64,000 bases of DNA, taken from the NCBI GenBank assembly GCA_024679065.1, contig JAGIQG010000016.1:36208001-36272000 (forward strand). The letters run 5' to 3'. The notes beneath the pieces are model-generated. The model was not told the DNA's origin. It did not search any database and saw nothing but the letters and a program-made list of their open reading frames with translations. Numbering within the stretch: position 1 is the first letter of the stretch; each line of letters begins with the position of its first letter. The position numbers were made by a program, and so were the translations under genes. Source of the stretch: Sphyrna mokarran. Taxonomy: Eukaryota. Below, in pieces: positions 38,381 to 48,895 of the stretch.

Positions 38381-39585
38381 TTTCAGTCCTTTCCCCTAAT
38401 TTTAGATTCATCAATTCTTCAGTGAACAACATTAAGATGATAATTAAGCACTTAGTCATTTGTTTTGCATAGTGTATTATTAGTGCAAGTTTAAGTTGTA
38501 TTATTAGTGTGTATAATATGACATAGCTTAGATTGTTTCTATGACTGTATGAAATACACTAAGTAATTAGAGCATGGTGTTATTCTCATTAACTAAGTAC
38601 ACATACATGAAGAGCCAGGTCTAATAATATGGAATACCAACTTTGAACAAAGTGCAAGCTATAACCTGGATTAGCCTGCTAAGCCTTTCAGAAACAATGC
38701 AGTGCATTTTATTGATATTTTCATGCAAGTACATTTGAAAGCGAGGCCATCAGAGTGGTAGATGTACATTTATTTTACTTTAGGATAATTTTCAAAGTGA
38801 AAAATGCACAATTTTTTTAAGGAGTAATTGCAAACCTGTAACTGATAGCAATTTGATAGCTAGTTAGTGAATGGCATTGAAGTGATTTGTAGTGATATCG
38901 GTTACCAGTATGCAAAGGCAGTATTCCAGCTGATGGCTTATGCTTTGGTTTCTTTCCTCTCTCTGTCCTGCAGTCTCAGAACAGTGCACAATTTATTTAT
39001 AGCTGAAACGGAGCAGCACTGGTGCAAAAGACATTCTAAATGCAGATTGGCTACTGTTTCAGGATTTCTGTATTCTCTGACACCCCAGTGTATTATCATA
39101 ATTGACTTTTGTACATGATATTGTGCTAAAATGAGGTGCATTTGTTTAAAGCCCTGGAGTCCCTTTCTTCGATTTTACCAAGTTTCAGCTTCATTGTCTA
39201 GGTCACATGACCTCTTCACCAGACCTGTCCAAAGTTATAAAAGCTGAGTGACGGGGAATGGAGATCCTGTGACAGCCCAAATATATGAAAGAAATCAGAC
39301 TGCCAGTTGCCCATTAGAGAGGCTGCTGTACACGGCGGCCTCATCATGTTTGCTTTCAAACTACACTGAGCACCTAAATCAGCAGAGTGAATGCAGATGG
39401 AAGTGGACAGTAGTGCTGCAAATGGTTGCAACGATGTCATCAAACTTTTCCATTCAGCTGAAGGAAAGCTTATTATCACTGCTGTGTACAGAACATTTAA
39501 CTCTTTCAGTGGTGCAGACTTGGGTTTAGAAATAAGATGGTACCTGAATAGACATCGATTATAAAGTTTGAAAGAGGCAAAATGT

Positions 39586-39720
39586 TACAACATTGCAAAT
39601 GTTGCAAATCTACTGCTTGCAGATCAGGCAGCAAGTGTTGCATAAGTGCAATGGTTAGATTAATGTTTTGGGTCTTAGGACTTTCACCCTTCGTCAGAGC
39701 CATTAGACCACAAACATTAA
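39586..39720 (-). mobile_element. Old Penelope-derived element with hammerhead-like core
   Basis: Minus strand CTGACGAagggtgaaagtcctaagacccAAAACattaa (box at 39691-39697). Confidence 0.45.
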
Positions 39721-39861
39721 TATACAGCTTTTGTTCACATTTTGTAAACTTTATCTATTAATCCCATACTCTCTTAAACACATTACCTTTGTTAGGATAT
39801 AGGTCCAGAAGGATTCAGCAGCTCCTGAATATCTCTGCAATAGAGTGGCAGAGAGATTCGA

Positions 39862-40150
39862 AATGCTGCCTTACACTACCAGGGACTTGGGTTTAATTGT
39901 GGCTTTGGGTGACTGAGTGGAGTTTGCATGTTCTACCCATGTATGTCTGGGTTTTCTCTGGTTTCCTTCCATAGTCCAAAGATGTGCAGGTTAGGTTGAC
40001 TGGCCAAGCTAAATTGCCCCTTAGTGTCAGAAAGATTGGCAAGGTGAATATGTGGGGTTACAGCGATAGAACCTGGATGGGGTTATTGTCAGTGTAGGCT
40101 TGATAGGCCGAATGGCCTCCTTCTGCAATGTTGAGATTCTGTTATATTCT
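39862..40150 (+). mobile_element. HE1 SINE (5' eroded)
   Basis: tgctgccttacactaccagggac...gtccaaagatgtgcaggttagg...gaatggcctccttctgca. Confidence 0.9.
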
Positions 40151-40509
40151 ATTATTAATATCTTCAAGAAGATTGCTTCAATCTTGCTGGACTTAATCTG
40201 CAAATCAGCATATTTGAGTGTTGTCGGGTTATGTGGCCATAAAAACATTTCAGCAGAGCCAGAATTGCACTCATCCATATTTAACTTTTGTGCAGAAAGC
40301 ACCTCCCTCCTTTTTTGAGGTTTTTAAGTCAATTGACACCACAAAATGTGTTAGCCGAGATGTACTATTAAAACAAAGTGCTTTCCCTGGCATTACAATA
40401 TAAGCAAATGCAAATCATTAGAAAATAGTTGTAAATTATTATAACTTACTGATTGGCTATTAGAAATCTACTGCAAATGCAATTCTGTGTTTGCACCAAA
40501 GAGCTCTAA

Positions 40510-40780
40510 AAAAGAATGGCTTGCATTTATATAGAACTTCCGATGGTCAGTGGGCATCTCAAAACACTTCATAATTAATGAAGTGATTTTCAAGACTAGT
40601 CACTGTTGTACAAATGTGTAGCCAATATGCACATGAAATCTCCCACCAACAGCAGTGCGATAATGACTGGAAAGTCTCTTCTTGTGACATTGATTGACGG
40701 ATAAATGTTGGTCAGAACACTGGAATTAACTCCCCATAGGTTCTTTTGCATCCTGGTTCAACGTCTTCTTTGCACTTGGA
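40510..40780 (-). mobile_element. Deu-domain SINE (SacSINE1-like)
   Basis: cttgcatttatatag (L2-type tail)...aatgaagtg...tagtcactgttgta...ggataaatgttggtcagaacac..aactcccc. Confidence 0.65.
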
Positions 40781-41569
40781 TACTATAAGATCTTTGTGAA
40801 TGAGCTACATGTTGCCAAATTAAGTTCCAGTGATGTTTCATCACATTGACAATATCTTGTTGTGTTGCAAAACACTAGCCAGGAGTTATATCATGAGTTA
40901 GAATTCTAATGTATTTGTAATTGTCCTTAAATCTTCTTACTTGTCATAATCAATACAATTTTGCATTTCTGTGATAGTCTATGAAAACAAATGCAGTAAA
41001 CCACAGCAATTCAATAAAAATCAAATAGCTGATGGCACTAAATGGCACCAGAGCATAAGTACATTCAAACCTGGCAATGTTTCAGGGCTGACTCGGTAAT
41101 TTCTGAAAAGTTTATCAAACAAGTCCTAGAATATGAACCTCCAGAGTTAAATAGAGGTCAGTTCCTCACTAGTTATCTGAAGATAATTACATTGTTGGTA
41201 GAAAAAAAACAATGGTACATATCCAGAGATTTAAAAGAGTACACATCTCAATATATTTATCACAACTTGGCCTAAGTTGACTGGTTTATAATTAAGATAC
41301 TGCGGTGAAAATAGGCTTGGATGCAAGAATATCCGATTTGTTTTAAAGCTGTCATATTCCAGTCCACAATCCGTCATTTGCCAGTATGATTTGAAAAAGG
41401 CACAACATGAAAAGCCTTTACTTTAAAACTTGCCCATTTTTAGACATGATGTACATCAACTATTACTTCCTTGTGGCAGTGATTGAAGTCACAGTATCAT
41501 CTCCTCCCTATCATTTGTTTGCAGCCAGCACATATCAATCCTCATTCTTGTCAACACTTCGTAACCTGA

Positions 41570-42990
41570 ATTTTCCCTCTTTCCTCTCACCTGCGCATTT
41601 GGCTGCATTAAATTGAGTCCATTCTTTCGTGAATTCTCTTTCTCCTTTCTCCTGCTCTCCCCATTTCTGTCACCCAGTCTTACCATCTTTCTTTTCTCCC
41701 CTCTCATATTCTACCCCCCATCACCACCTCAAATCCTTTGCTATTCTTCTGTTTTCCTGTTCTCTTGTTATAATGACAGGTTTGACTACCTCTTGGATAA
41801 ATCCACGTCTACCCTTTGTGGCTTTCTCACCATTCTTTGAAGATCCTACTAAGCAGCAAGTTGGATCCTTCAAGAGCAACAACTGCAATTATTCCATTTG
41901 TTTCTCTGCTGACCATTGCATCTAACATTTCTGTTATCACCTAACGTAACCCACCTCCTCCTCTTGCTGCTCAATCTGTGTATTTTTGAACTTTGGACTC
42001 TGCCATCACTACCCTATAAGGCATTTCACCCAGAATGTCCATTCACTTGCAAACAAGCTTCTTGCATTCAAATCCTTCACCGCCACATCTCACAAGTCTG
42101 TCAGCTCCTATCATTTTGATAACAGACAAGGCTGTCTCTGATCACTATCTTATTATCCTCTCCATTCAATCTCCTCACCCACTCCCTTCCAAGACAACTT
42201 CCTTCTATCCCTGCTCAAAAGCATTCTCCCCCAAATCACTTATAACTACGTTTTCATGCTGCCAACAGTGTCGAGTTGTATCCACTATTTGCTGCAATGC
42301 CTCTGTAGCTGTCAATTTGCTTCTACCATTAATGCCCTTGTCCCCAGTGAAGCATTCATTATTTTCCACTCTAATCGGTCTAATAGTGTCTTAAATTTTC
42401 ACTCCCTCACGTCCAAGGGGTGCTGCTTGAATATGCCTGGCACCCAACTGGTTTAGCCATTGATTGTCAGGCTGGGCTCCATCAAGTACTTTCAATGTCT
42501 GCTTCTTCTCTTTCAAAACTATGCACAACTCCTGGTTTAGGTGGAAATTAGTTTTTTTTCACTATCACCATTAATCCTTTATCCTGCTCCTTGTACACTC
42601 ACTTCATGCAAAGAGATTAGGCTTCTTTGTCACTAAGATTGCGATCACCCATTCAATTTCTATTGTACATCTTCAGCTTTTTCTATTCCACTAGACTAAA
42701 CAGCCTAAACATTTCCTTGTTTCTCTTCTCATGCCCTTTGCAAGATTATGTACTCCAGGTGACCCACATCCAGATTTCCTAATCCCAATGGATTGGTGAT
42801 CACTGAACCTCGCTTTCCCCATGTTAGCTGATATTGCAAGAGGTTTCCTCTTTTCAAACTTTATCCACATCCTTTTCAAAATTGCTTCATCATATTTCTG
42901 AAACAGCCCACGCTTGACTCTAGGCGCTTGCAAACTATCAACCTATCTCCACACTCTCTTTCCTCTCCAAAATCTTTGAATGTGTTGAAT
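41570..42990 (+). mobile_element. Decayed L2-clade LINE fragment (endonuclease to RT start)
   Basis: TDKAVSDHYL at about 42122 (APE SDH motif). LANYQPISTLSFLSKIFECV at about 42928 (NYRPIS.L.FLSK motif). Pyrimidine-rich plus strand. Confidence 0.75.
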
Positions 42991-43451
42991 TTATTGGAGT
43001 TAAAAATCATGAGAGATATAATATGGACTTCTGGTTTACTTTTACTCATTTGACATCGTTGTACAAAATCAATATAACACTTTTTTAATGTTTTTTCTAA
43101 ATCTTTATGATGGCAATCCAATTTTATATTAAAAACGAAGGCAAAATAGCAAATGTTGGCAATCTGAAATCAGACAGAAAATGTTGGAATGCTTGTCAGG
43201 TCAGGCAGAACATCACATTGAAGTGAGAGTTTTAGTTGCATTGTTGAGCTGTTTTACTCTACAGCAAGGTGAAAATGCACAGCAACAGTTATGATTAGGC
43301 TCAGCAAGATTAATAAATATGAGTTAACACCATGTAATAATAAAGAGAATTGGCTGGCCTTTGTGGTTGTTAATGATGGTACATTGACAGTTTTTTGCCA
43401 TCATTGACCATGCTGAGAAACTGACAGCAACTTTGGGAATCTGCATTTGCC

Positions 43452-43958
43452 GTAAGAAGTCTCACAACACCAAGTTAAAGTCCAACAGGTTTATTTGGTA
43501 GCAAAAGCCACTACCTTTCACAGCACTGCTCCTTCATCAGGTGAGTGGGAGTTCTGTTTACAAACAGGGCATATAAAGACACAAATTCAATTTACAGAAT
43601 AATGGTTGGAATGGGAGTCTTTACAGGTAATCAAGTCTTTAAGGTACAGACAATGTGAATGGAGAGAGCATTAAGCACAGGTTAAACGGATGTGTATTGT
43701 TTCCAGACAGGACAGTTAGTGAGCTTTTGCAAGCCTAGGCAAGTTGTGGAGATTACAGATAGTGTGACATGAACCCAAGATCCTGGTTGAGGCCATCCTC
43801 ATGTGTAGAACTTGGCTATCAGTCTCTGCACAGCGACTCTGCATTGTCGTGTGTCGTGAAAGCTGCCTTGGAGAATGCTTACCCAAAGATCAGAGGCCGA
43901 GTGCCTTTGACCGCTGAAGTGTTCCCCAACAGGAAGAAAACACTCTTGCCTCGTGCAA
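43452..43958 (-). mobile_element. Penelope-like element 3' end: GIY-YIG endonuclease C-terminus plus terminal repeat
   Basis: LPVGEHFSGQRHSASDLWVSILQG...QRLIAKF...EDGLNQDLGFMSHY. It is followed by CTGATGAaggagcagtgctgtGAAA and AATAAA. Confidence 0.9.
43505..43545 (-). ncRNA. Minimal hammerhead ribozyme motif (PLE type, partly decayed)
   Basis: CUGAUGA (43534-43540), stem II agca-g-ugcu, GAAA (43516-43519). It sits in the terminal repeat, as known for Penelope-like elements. Confidence 0.6.
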
Positions 43959-44237
43959 TCTGCATATACACAGTTAAATGTGAAACTCCAGCAGTTGCTG
44001 CCAGTAATTTCCTGTTTGTCCACTGGGTATGCTGTTGAAGTCCCTGCAGGTGGCAATCGTTCAAAATCACTGACCTAAAATAATTGCCCCTTTAACATTG
44101 TAATATCCAGCATTTTTTTTTAAATGGAGATTAAGCCTTCTCAATGATATAACTGGGTTTCAGGAATATAATAAGTCATAACTGCTGTTCACTGACCCTG
44201 GGTGTAATTTTTTTCTATTATAGAAACATAGATCTCA

Positions 44238-44364
44238 TAGTGTCAAGGGGATTAGTAGGGCAAATCTGTGGAATTATGGGGATATACAGGGTCTGAGTGG
44301 GTTTGTTGTCACTGCTGCTTTGATGGGCCAAATGGCCTTCTTCTGCACTATAGTGATTCTGTTG
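44238..44364 (+). mobile_element. HE1 3' half
   Basis: tagtgtcaaggggattag...gatgggccaaatggccttcttctgcactatagtgattct. Confidence 0.85.
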
Positions 44365-44372
44365 TGTGATAT

Positions 44373-44707
44373 TCATAGAATCCCTATGTGCAGAAGGAGG
44401 TCATTTGCCCTATCGGGTCTGCACTAACACTCCAGAGCATCTTACTGAGTTCTATACCCATAACCCCACATAATTACCCCATTAATTCCTCTAATCTATA
44501 CATTTTGGGACATTAAGGGGCAATTTAATATGGCCAATCTACCTAACCTGCACATACTTGGAGTGCAGAAGGAAACTGGAGCACCTGGAGGAAACCCACG
44601 CAGATGTGGGGGAACGTGCAAACTCCACATAGACAGTAACTTGAGGCTGAAATTGACCCTGGGTCTCTGGCGCTGTGAAGCAACAGTGTTAACCACTGTG
44701 CCACCCT
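44373..44707 (-). mobile_element. HE1 SINE, tail-to-tail with 44238-44364
   Basis: Full HE1 reverse complement. Confidence 0.92.
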
Positions 44708-44760
44708 ATTATGATAATTCCATAGATTTAATTTGTTTTAAGCTCTGTGGAGAGAGGAAT

Positions 44761-44970
44761 AAGCCAGAATTCCCCAACTGTTCACGATGGTGGGATTCTC
44801 TGGTCCCACCGGCAGTACACTCCCGTTTGTGGATTTCCCGCTGGTGTGGGGTGACATCAGCTGAGAATTCCCATTGACAGTGGTGGGATCAGAGAATCCC
44901 ACTACAACAAACAATATGTCACCTCCTATCAATGGGAAACACGCAGCTAGGAGGTTGGAGAATCTCACCC
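44761..44970. mobile_element. ~210-bp MITE (Harbinger/Tourist-like)
   Basis: Termini gccagaattcccc / ggagaatctcaccc. Internal inverted repeat gtgggattctctggtcccacc / ggtgggatcagagaatcccac (20/21). TAA/TTA flanks. Confidence 0.7.
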
Positions 44971-44974
44971 TTAG

Positions 44975-45150
44975 TGCTAATGTTTTAGGCTGCTGATCTT
45001 TTCTTCTGATTTTAATTTATTTGTTGAGGAATAAGCATTGGCCAGGGCATAAGAGAAAACTCCCCTGCTTCTGTCCCCTGCCACGGCACCTTTTAAGTCT
45101 TGGTTTAATATTCCGTCTGAAAGAATGGCTTTCCATTGAATCACACAGTA
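44975..45150 (-). mobile_element. Deu-domain SINE fragment
   Basis: gttgaggaataagcattggccaggg...aactcccctgct...tggtttaatattccgtctgaaaga. Confidence 0.6.
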
Positions 45151-45159
45151 ATGTGATGT

Positions 45160-47592
45160 GATCATGAATTGTAGAAGTAGGATGGAAGAATGGGCTATAA
45201 ATTGTGTGTGTGGGGGAGGGGGTGAAGGGTTCATGTGTGAGGCAATTTGGAAAATTAAAGGGAAAAGACGAGGTAACCATACAGGGTGGTGATGTGGGTG
45301 ATAATAAGAAATAGAAAAGGAAATAAGTCACTGGTGGGAGTGGTTTATTGCCTCCCTGACAGATTCTGTAGGACAGAATATAAATCAAGAAATGATGGGG
45401 ATTTGTAAGAGGGACACTGCAATAATTCTGGGAGATTTAAATCTTCACTTAGACCGGATGAATCAAATTGGCAAAAGTAGCCTAAAGGATGAGTTTGTAG
45501 AGTATATTTAGGATAGTTTCTTCGAACAAAACACTCTGGAATGAATCAGGGAATAAGCTGTTTTTGACCTGGCAATAGAAAACAAGACAGGGTAAATTAA
45601 TGACCTCATAATCCTTTAGGTAAAAGTGATCATAACATGATAGAATTTCACATTCAGTTTGAGGGTGAGAAATTTGGGTCTGAAATCTGTAAAATACCCT
45701 TGTTATTGTTTTAATTTAATTTAATGAAGACAGAGCTGACTGAAGTGGAATGGGAAAATAGGTTAAAAGTAAGATGGTAGAGAAGCAGTGGCAAATATTT
45801 AAGGAGATGTTTCAGAACTGTCAACAAATACATATTCCCTTGAGGAAGAAAGACAGAATGAGAATAATGTACCATTAGTTGCCAACAAGGGAAGTTGAGA
45901 AGGATATCACACTGAAGAAAAAGGTGTACACTGTTGTAAAGGTTAGTAGTTGCTCTCAGCAAAGGATAACTAAAAAAGTAAAAAAGGGCAAATTGGAGTG
46001 TGCGAGAAAACTAGCAAGAAATATAAAACAGATGGTAAAAGCTTCTAAAAATATATAAGGAAGAGAGTAACTTAGGGGAATAAAAGCAAAATATTGCAGA
46101 TACTGGAAATTTGAAATAAAAACAGAAAATTCTGGAAAATCTCAGCAGGTCTGACATCACCTGTAGAGAAAGAAACAGAGTTAATTTTCAAGTCCAATAT
46201 GATCCTTCTTCAGAACTGAAGTGAATGATGGTCCCTTAGAAGGTGAGACTGAGAAGTAATAATGAAAGACCAGGGAATGGAAGAGACTTTGAACAAGTAT
46301 TTTGTAACTCTCTTCTTGGTTGAAGAAAAAGAAAGCATCCCAAGAAAGAAAATCAAGAGACAAAAACAGTCACGAGAGAAAAGTATAGGGAAAATAATGA
46401 GACAAAGGTCAACAAAATCTCCTTGTCTTAATGGCTTAGATCCTAGGGTCTTAAAGGAGTGCCTTTAAGTAATCTAATGCATGTATTAGTTGTAATGTCT
46501 GAAAATTCCCTACATTTTGGAAAGATCCAAGCAGATTAAAATTCTCAAATGTTAGACCACTAGCAAAGATGGAGACAGTCAGAAAGCAGGAAACTATTAT
46601 GCAGCTAGAGTAACTCTGTCATTAGGAAAATACTAGATTACATTATTAAGAAAATAGTATCAGGACATGCAGAAAATCACAATACAATCACACAAAATGA
46701 ATGTGGTTTTGTGATGAAGAAATTATGTTGATAAATTTATTAGATGCTTTGAGGATGTAACAAGCAGGTATATAAAGTGGAGTAGATATTTTATGTAGTG
46801 TATTTGGATTTCCAAAAGGCATTAGATAAGTTACTGCACATGATAAGAGTTTGTGGTGTTGGGGTTTGATACTAGCATGAATAGAAGATTACTAATTAAC
46901 AGGAAACAGAGTTGGGATAAATGAGTCATTTTCAGGCTGCAAAATTGTTATTAGTGAGATCCAACAGAGAACATTGCTGGGGCTTCAACTTTACAATCTA
47001 TATTAATGACTTGGATGAAAGTACAAATTGTATTTTAGCCAAATTTGTTGATGATACAGAGATGGTTAGGAAAGCCAGTTGTGAGGAAGATTCAAAGGCA
47101 AAAGGATATAGATAGATAGGTTAAACGAGTGGGCAAGCAAGTTGCAGATTGAATATAATGTATGAAAATGTGAAATTGTCCACTTTGGCAAGAAGAAGCA
47201 GAATATGATTTAGTTGGAGGAGACTGCAGAATTCTACAGTACAGAAAAATCTAGGTATTCTCATATACAAAAGTTAACTTGCAGCTACAGCAAATAATTA
47301 GATAGGTAAATGAAATATTGACCCTATTGCAAAGAGATGGAGTGTAAAGGTTTAGCTGCAATGGTACAGGGCATTGGTGAGACCACACTTGGAGCACTAT
47401 GTACAGTTTTGATCTTTTAGGTAAGAAGGGATACACTTGCATTTTAAGACATTCAGAGAAGGTTCACTGGGCTGACTCCTGGGATGTGTTTTGAGGTAAG
47501 GTTGAGGAGGATAGGCCTATACTCATTAGAGTTGAGAAGAGTGAAAAATGATCTAATTGAAACATATAAGATTCATAGAAAACTTGTCAGGA
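45160..47592 (+). mobile_element. CR1 LINE ORF2 pseudogene (endonuclease and RT)
   Basis: GVVYCLP, IILGDLN, GKSDHN, KSPCLNGLDPRVLKE, VVYLDFQKALDK, FTIYINDLD, KFVDDTE, LVRPHLEH. Many frameshifts. Confidence 0.93.
46078..46218 (-). mobile_element. Penelope-derived hammerhead element nested in CR1
   Basis: Minus strand CTGAAGAaggatcatattggacttGAAAattaactctg...gacctgctgag. It interrupts the CR1 between agagtaact and gaagtgaat. Confidence 0.75.
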
Positions 47593-47609
47593 CGTTTCAT
47601 CTCATATGG

Positions 47610-48505
47610 TATCATAAGAACATAAAATTGGAGCAAGTGCCTATCAACCCTACTGCATCATTCAGAATGATCATGGCTGATCTTGGGCTTCAACTCTATT
47701 TTCCCATCTGCTCGTTTTATCTAATGATTCTCCGAAGCATCAAAAACCTGTCTGTCCCATCCTTATAGCATTCAACAATAGAGCAGCCACAACGCAGTCG
47801 GGTAGAGAATTCCCAAGGTTCACAAGCTTTTGAGTGAAGCAATTTCCCCTCATCTCAGTCCTAAATGATCAACCCTTTATCCTGAGACTGTGCCCCTGTT
47901 TTGGATTCTCCAACCAGCAGAAAAGTTTTTCAGCATCTACCCTACCAAGACTCTTTAGAACTTTGTAGGTTTCAACGAGATCATCTTATTCTTTTAAGCT
48001 CCAGAGAATACAAGCCCAATTTATTGAGCTTCTCATCAAAGAATGGACATCTCATCCCAGAGAGTCTTCACTGTATCACCTCCAATATATGAGTTTTCAT
48101 GCACACAAACATGTATTTTCCATTTTTAAAGTAGTTAGCATGGCCAAGAACCAGGGTCCAATTCCAGCCTTGGGTGACTATCCTCATGTCTACATGGTTT
48201 CTTCTGGATGTTCCAGTTTCCTCCCACAATCCAAAGATGTGTTGGTTAAATGGATTAGCCATGGTAAATAGGTGAGTTATGAGATAAGGTAGAGGGGAGG
48301 GCCTGCTTGGGATGTTCTTTCGGAGAGTCAGTGTAGACTCGATAGGCTAGATGGCTTCCTTCTACATTAAAGGGATTCCGTAGTTCCATGGAGACCAAAA
48401 CTGCACACGGCATTCCAAATATGATATCACAAAAACCCTGCACAACTTGTAGCAAGACGTCTTTAGTCCTGTACTCCAATCCCATTGCAATAAAGGCCAT
48501 TTGTC
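47610..48505 (-). mobile_element. CR1 LINE 3' fragment, interrupted by HE1
   Basis: Tail cataagaacata. Minus-strand ORF MAFIAMGLEYRTKDVLLQ and LECRVQFWSP. Confidence 0.88.
48130..48385 (+). mobile_element. HE1 SINE (deleted) nested in CR1
   Basis: gttagca...ccagggtccaattccagccttgggtgact...cccacaatccaaagatgt...gatggcttccttct. Confidence 0.85.
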
Positions 48506-48779
48506 ATCCAAATTGTAAATACCATTCGACATAATGGCATAGAGATCCTTGGACACACGCTTGGACTGTGATTCTGGCAGTTAATACCAGGATTGTGCCC
48601 ATTAGCACCTTGCCATTTTGGGAATGAATTTGTAACAAATGTTTGGATGCTGAAATGATTTCAGTATCTTTCTGAATAAATGAACTGAACTAATTTAACA
48701 GTCTTCCTCAACTCTAGCTTGATAATTTTTCTGCCACTACAATCCAATGCAAAGCGAGGTTGCAGCTAATATCCAGTTT

Positions 48780-48895
48780 TTTATTCTTTCATGTGACACA
48801 GGCATCGCTGGCTGGTCAGCATTTATTGCCCATCCCTAGTTGCCCTTGAGAAAGCGATAGTGAGCTGTCTTGTGGAATTGCTGTAGTCCACATGC
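48780..48895 (-). mobile_element. LINE 3' tail fragment
   Basis: ttattctttcatgtga...catttattgcccatccctagttgcccttgagaa, as at 4425 and 63020. Confidence 0.7.

Noticed and set aside
44042-44057. CTCF-like motif ccctgcaggtggcaat
   Set aside because: A single motif match is expected by chance in 64 kb and has no supporting evidence.
45160-48505. Single CR1 with twin-priming inversion
   Set aside because: The plus and minus parts overlap in the same RT C-terminal region and differ in sequence, so they are two insertions.
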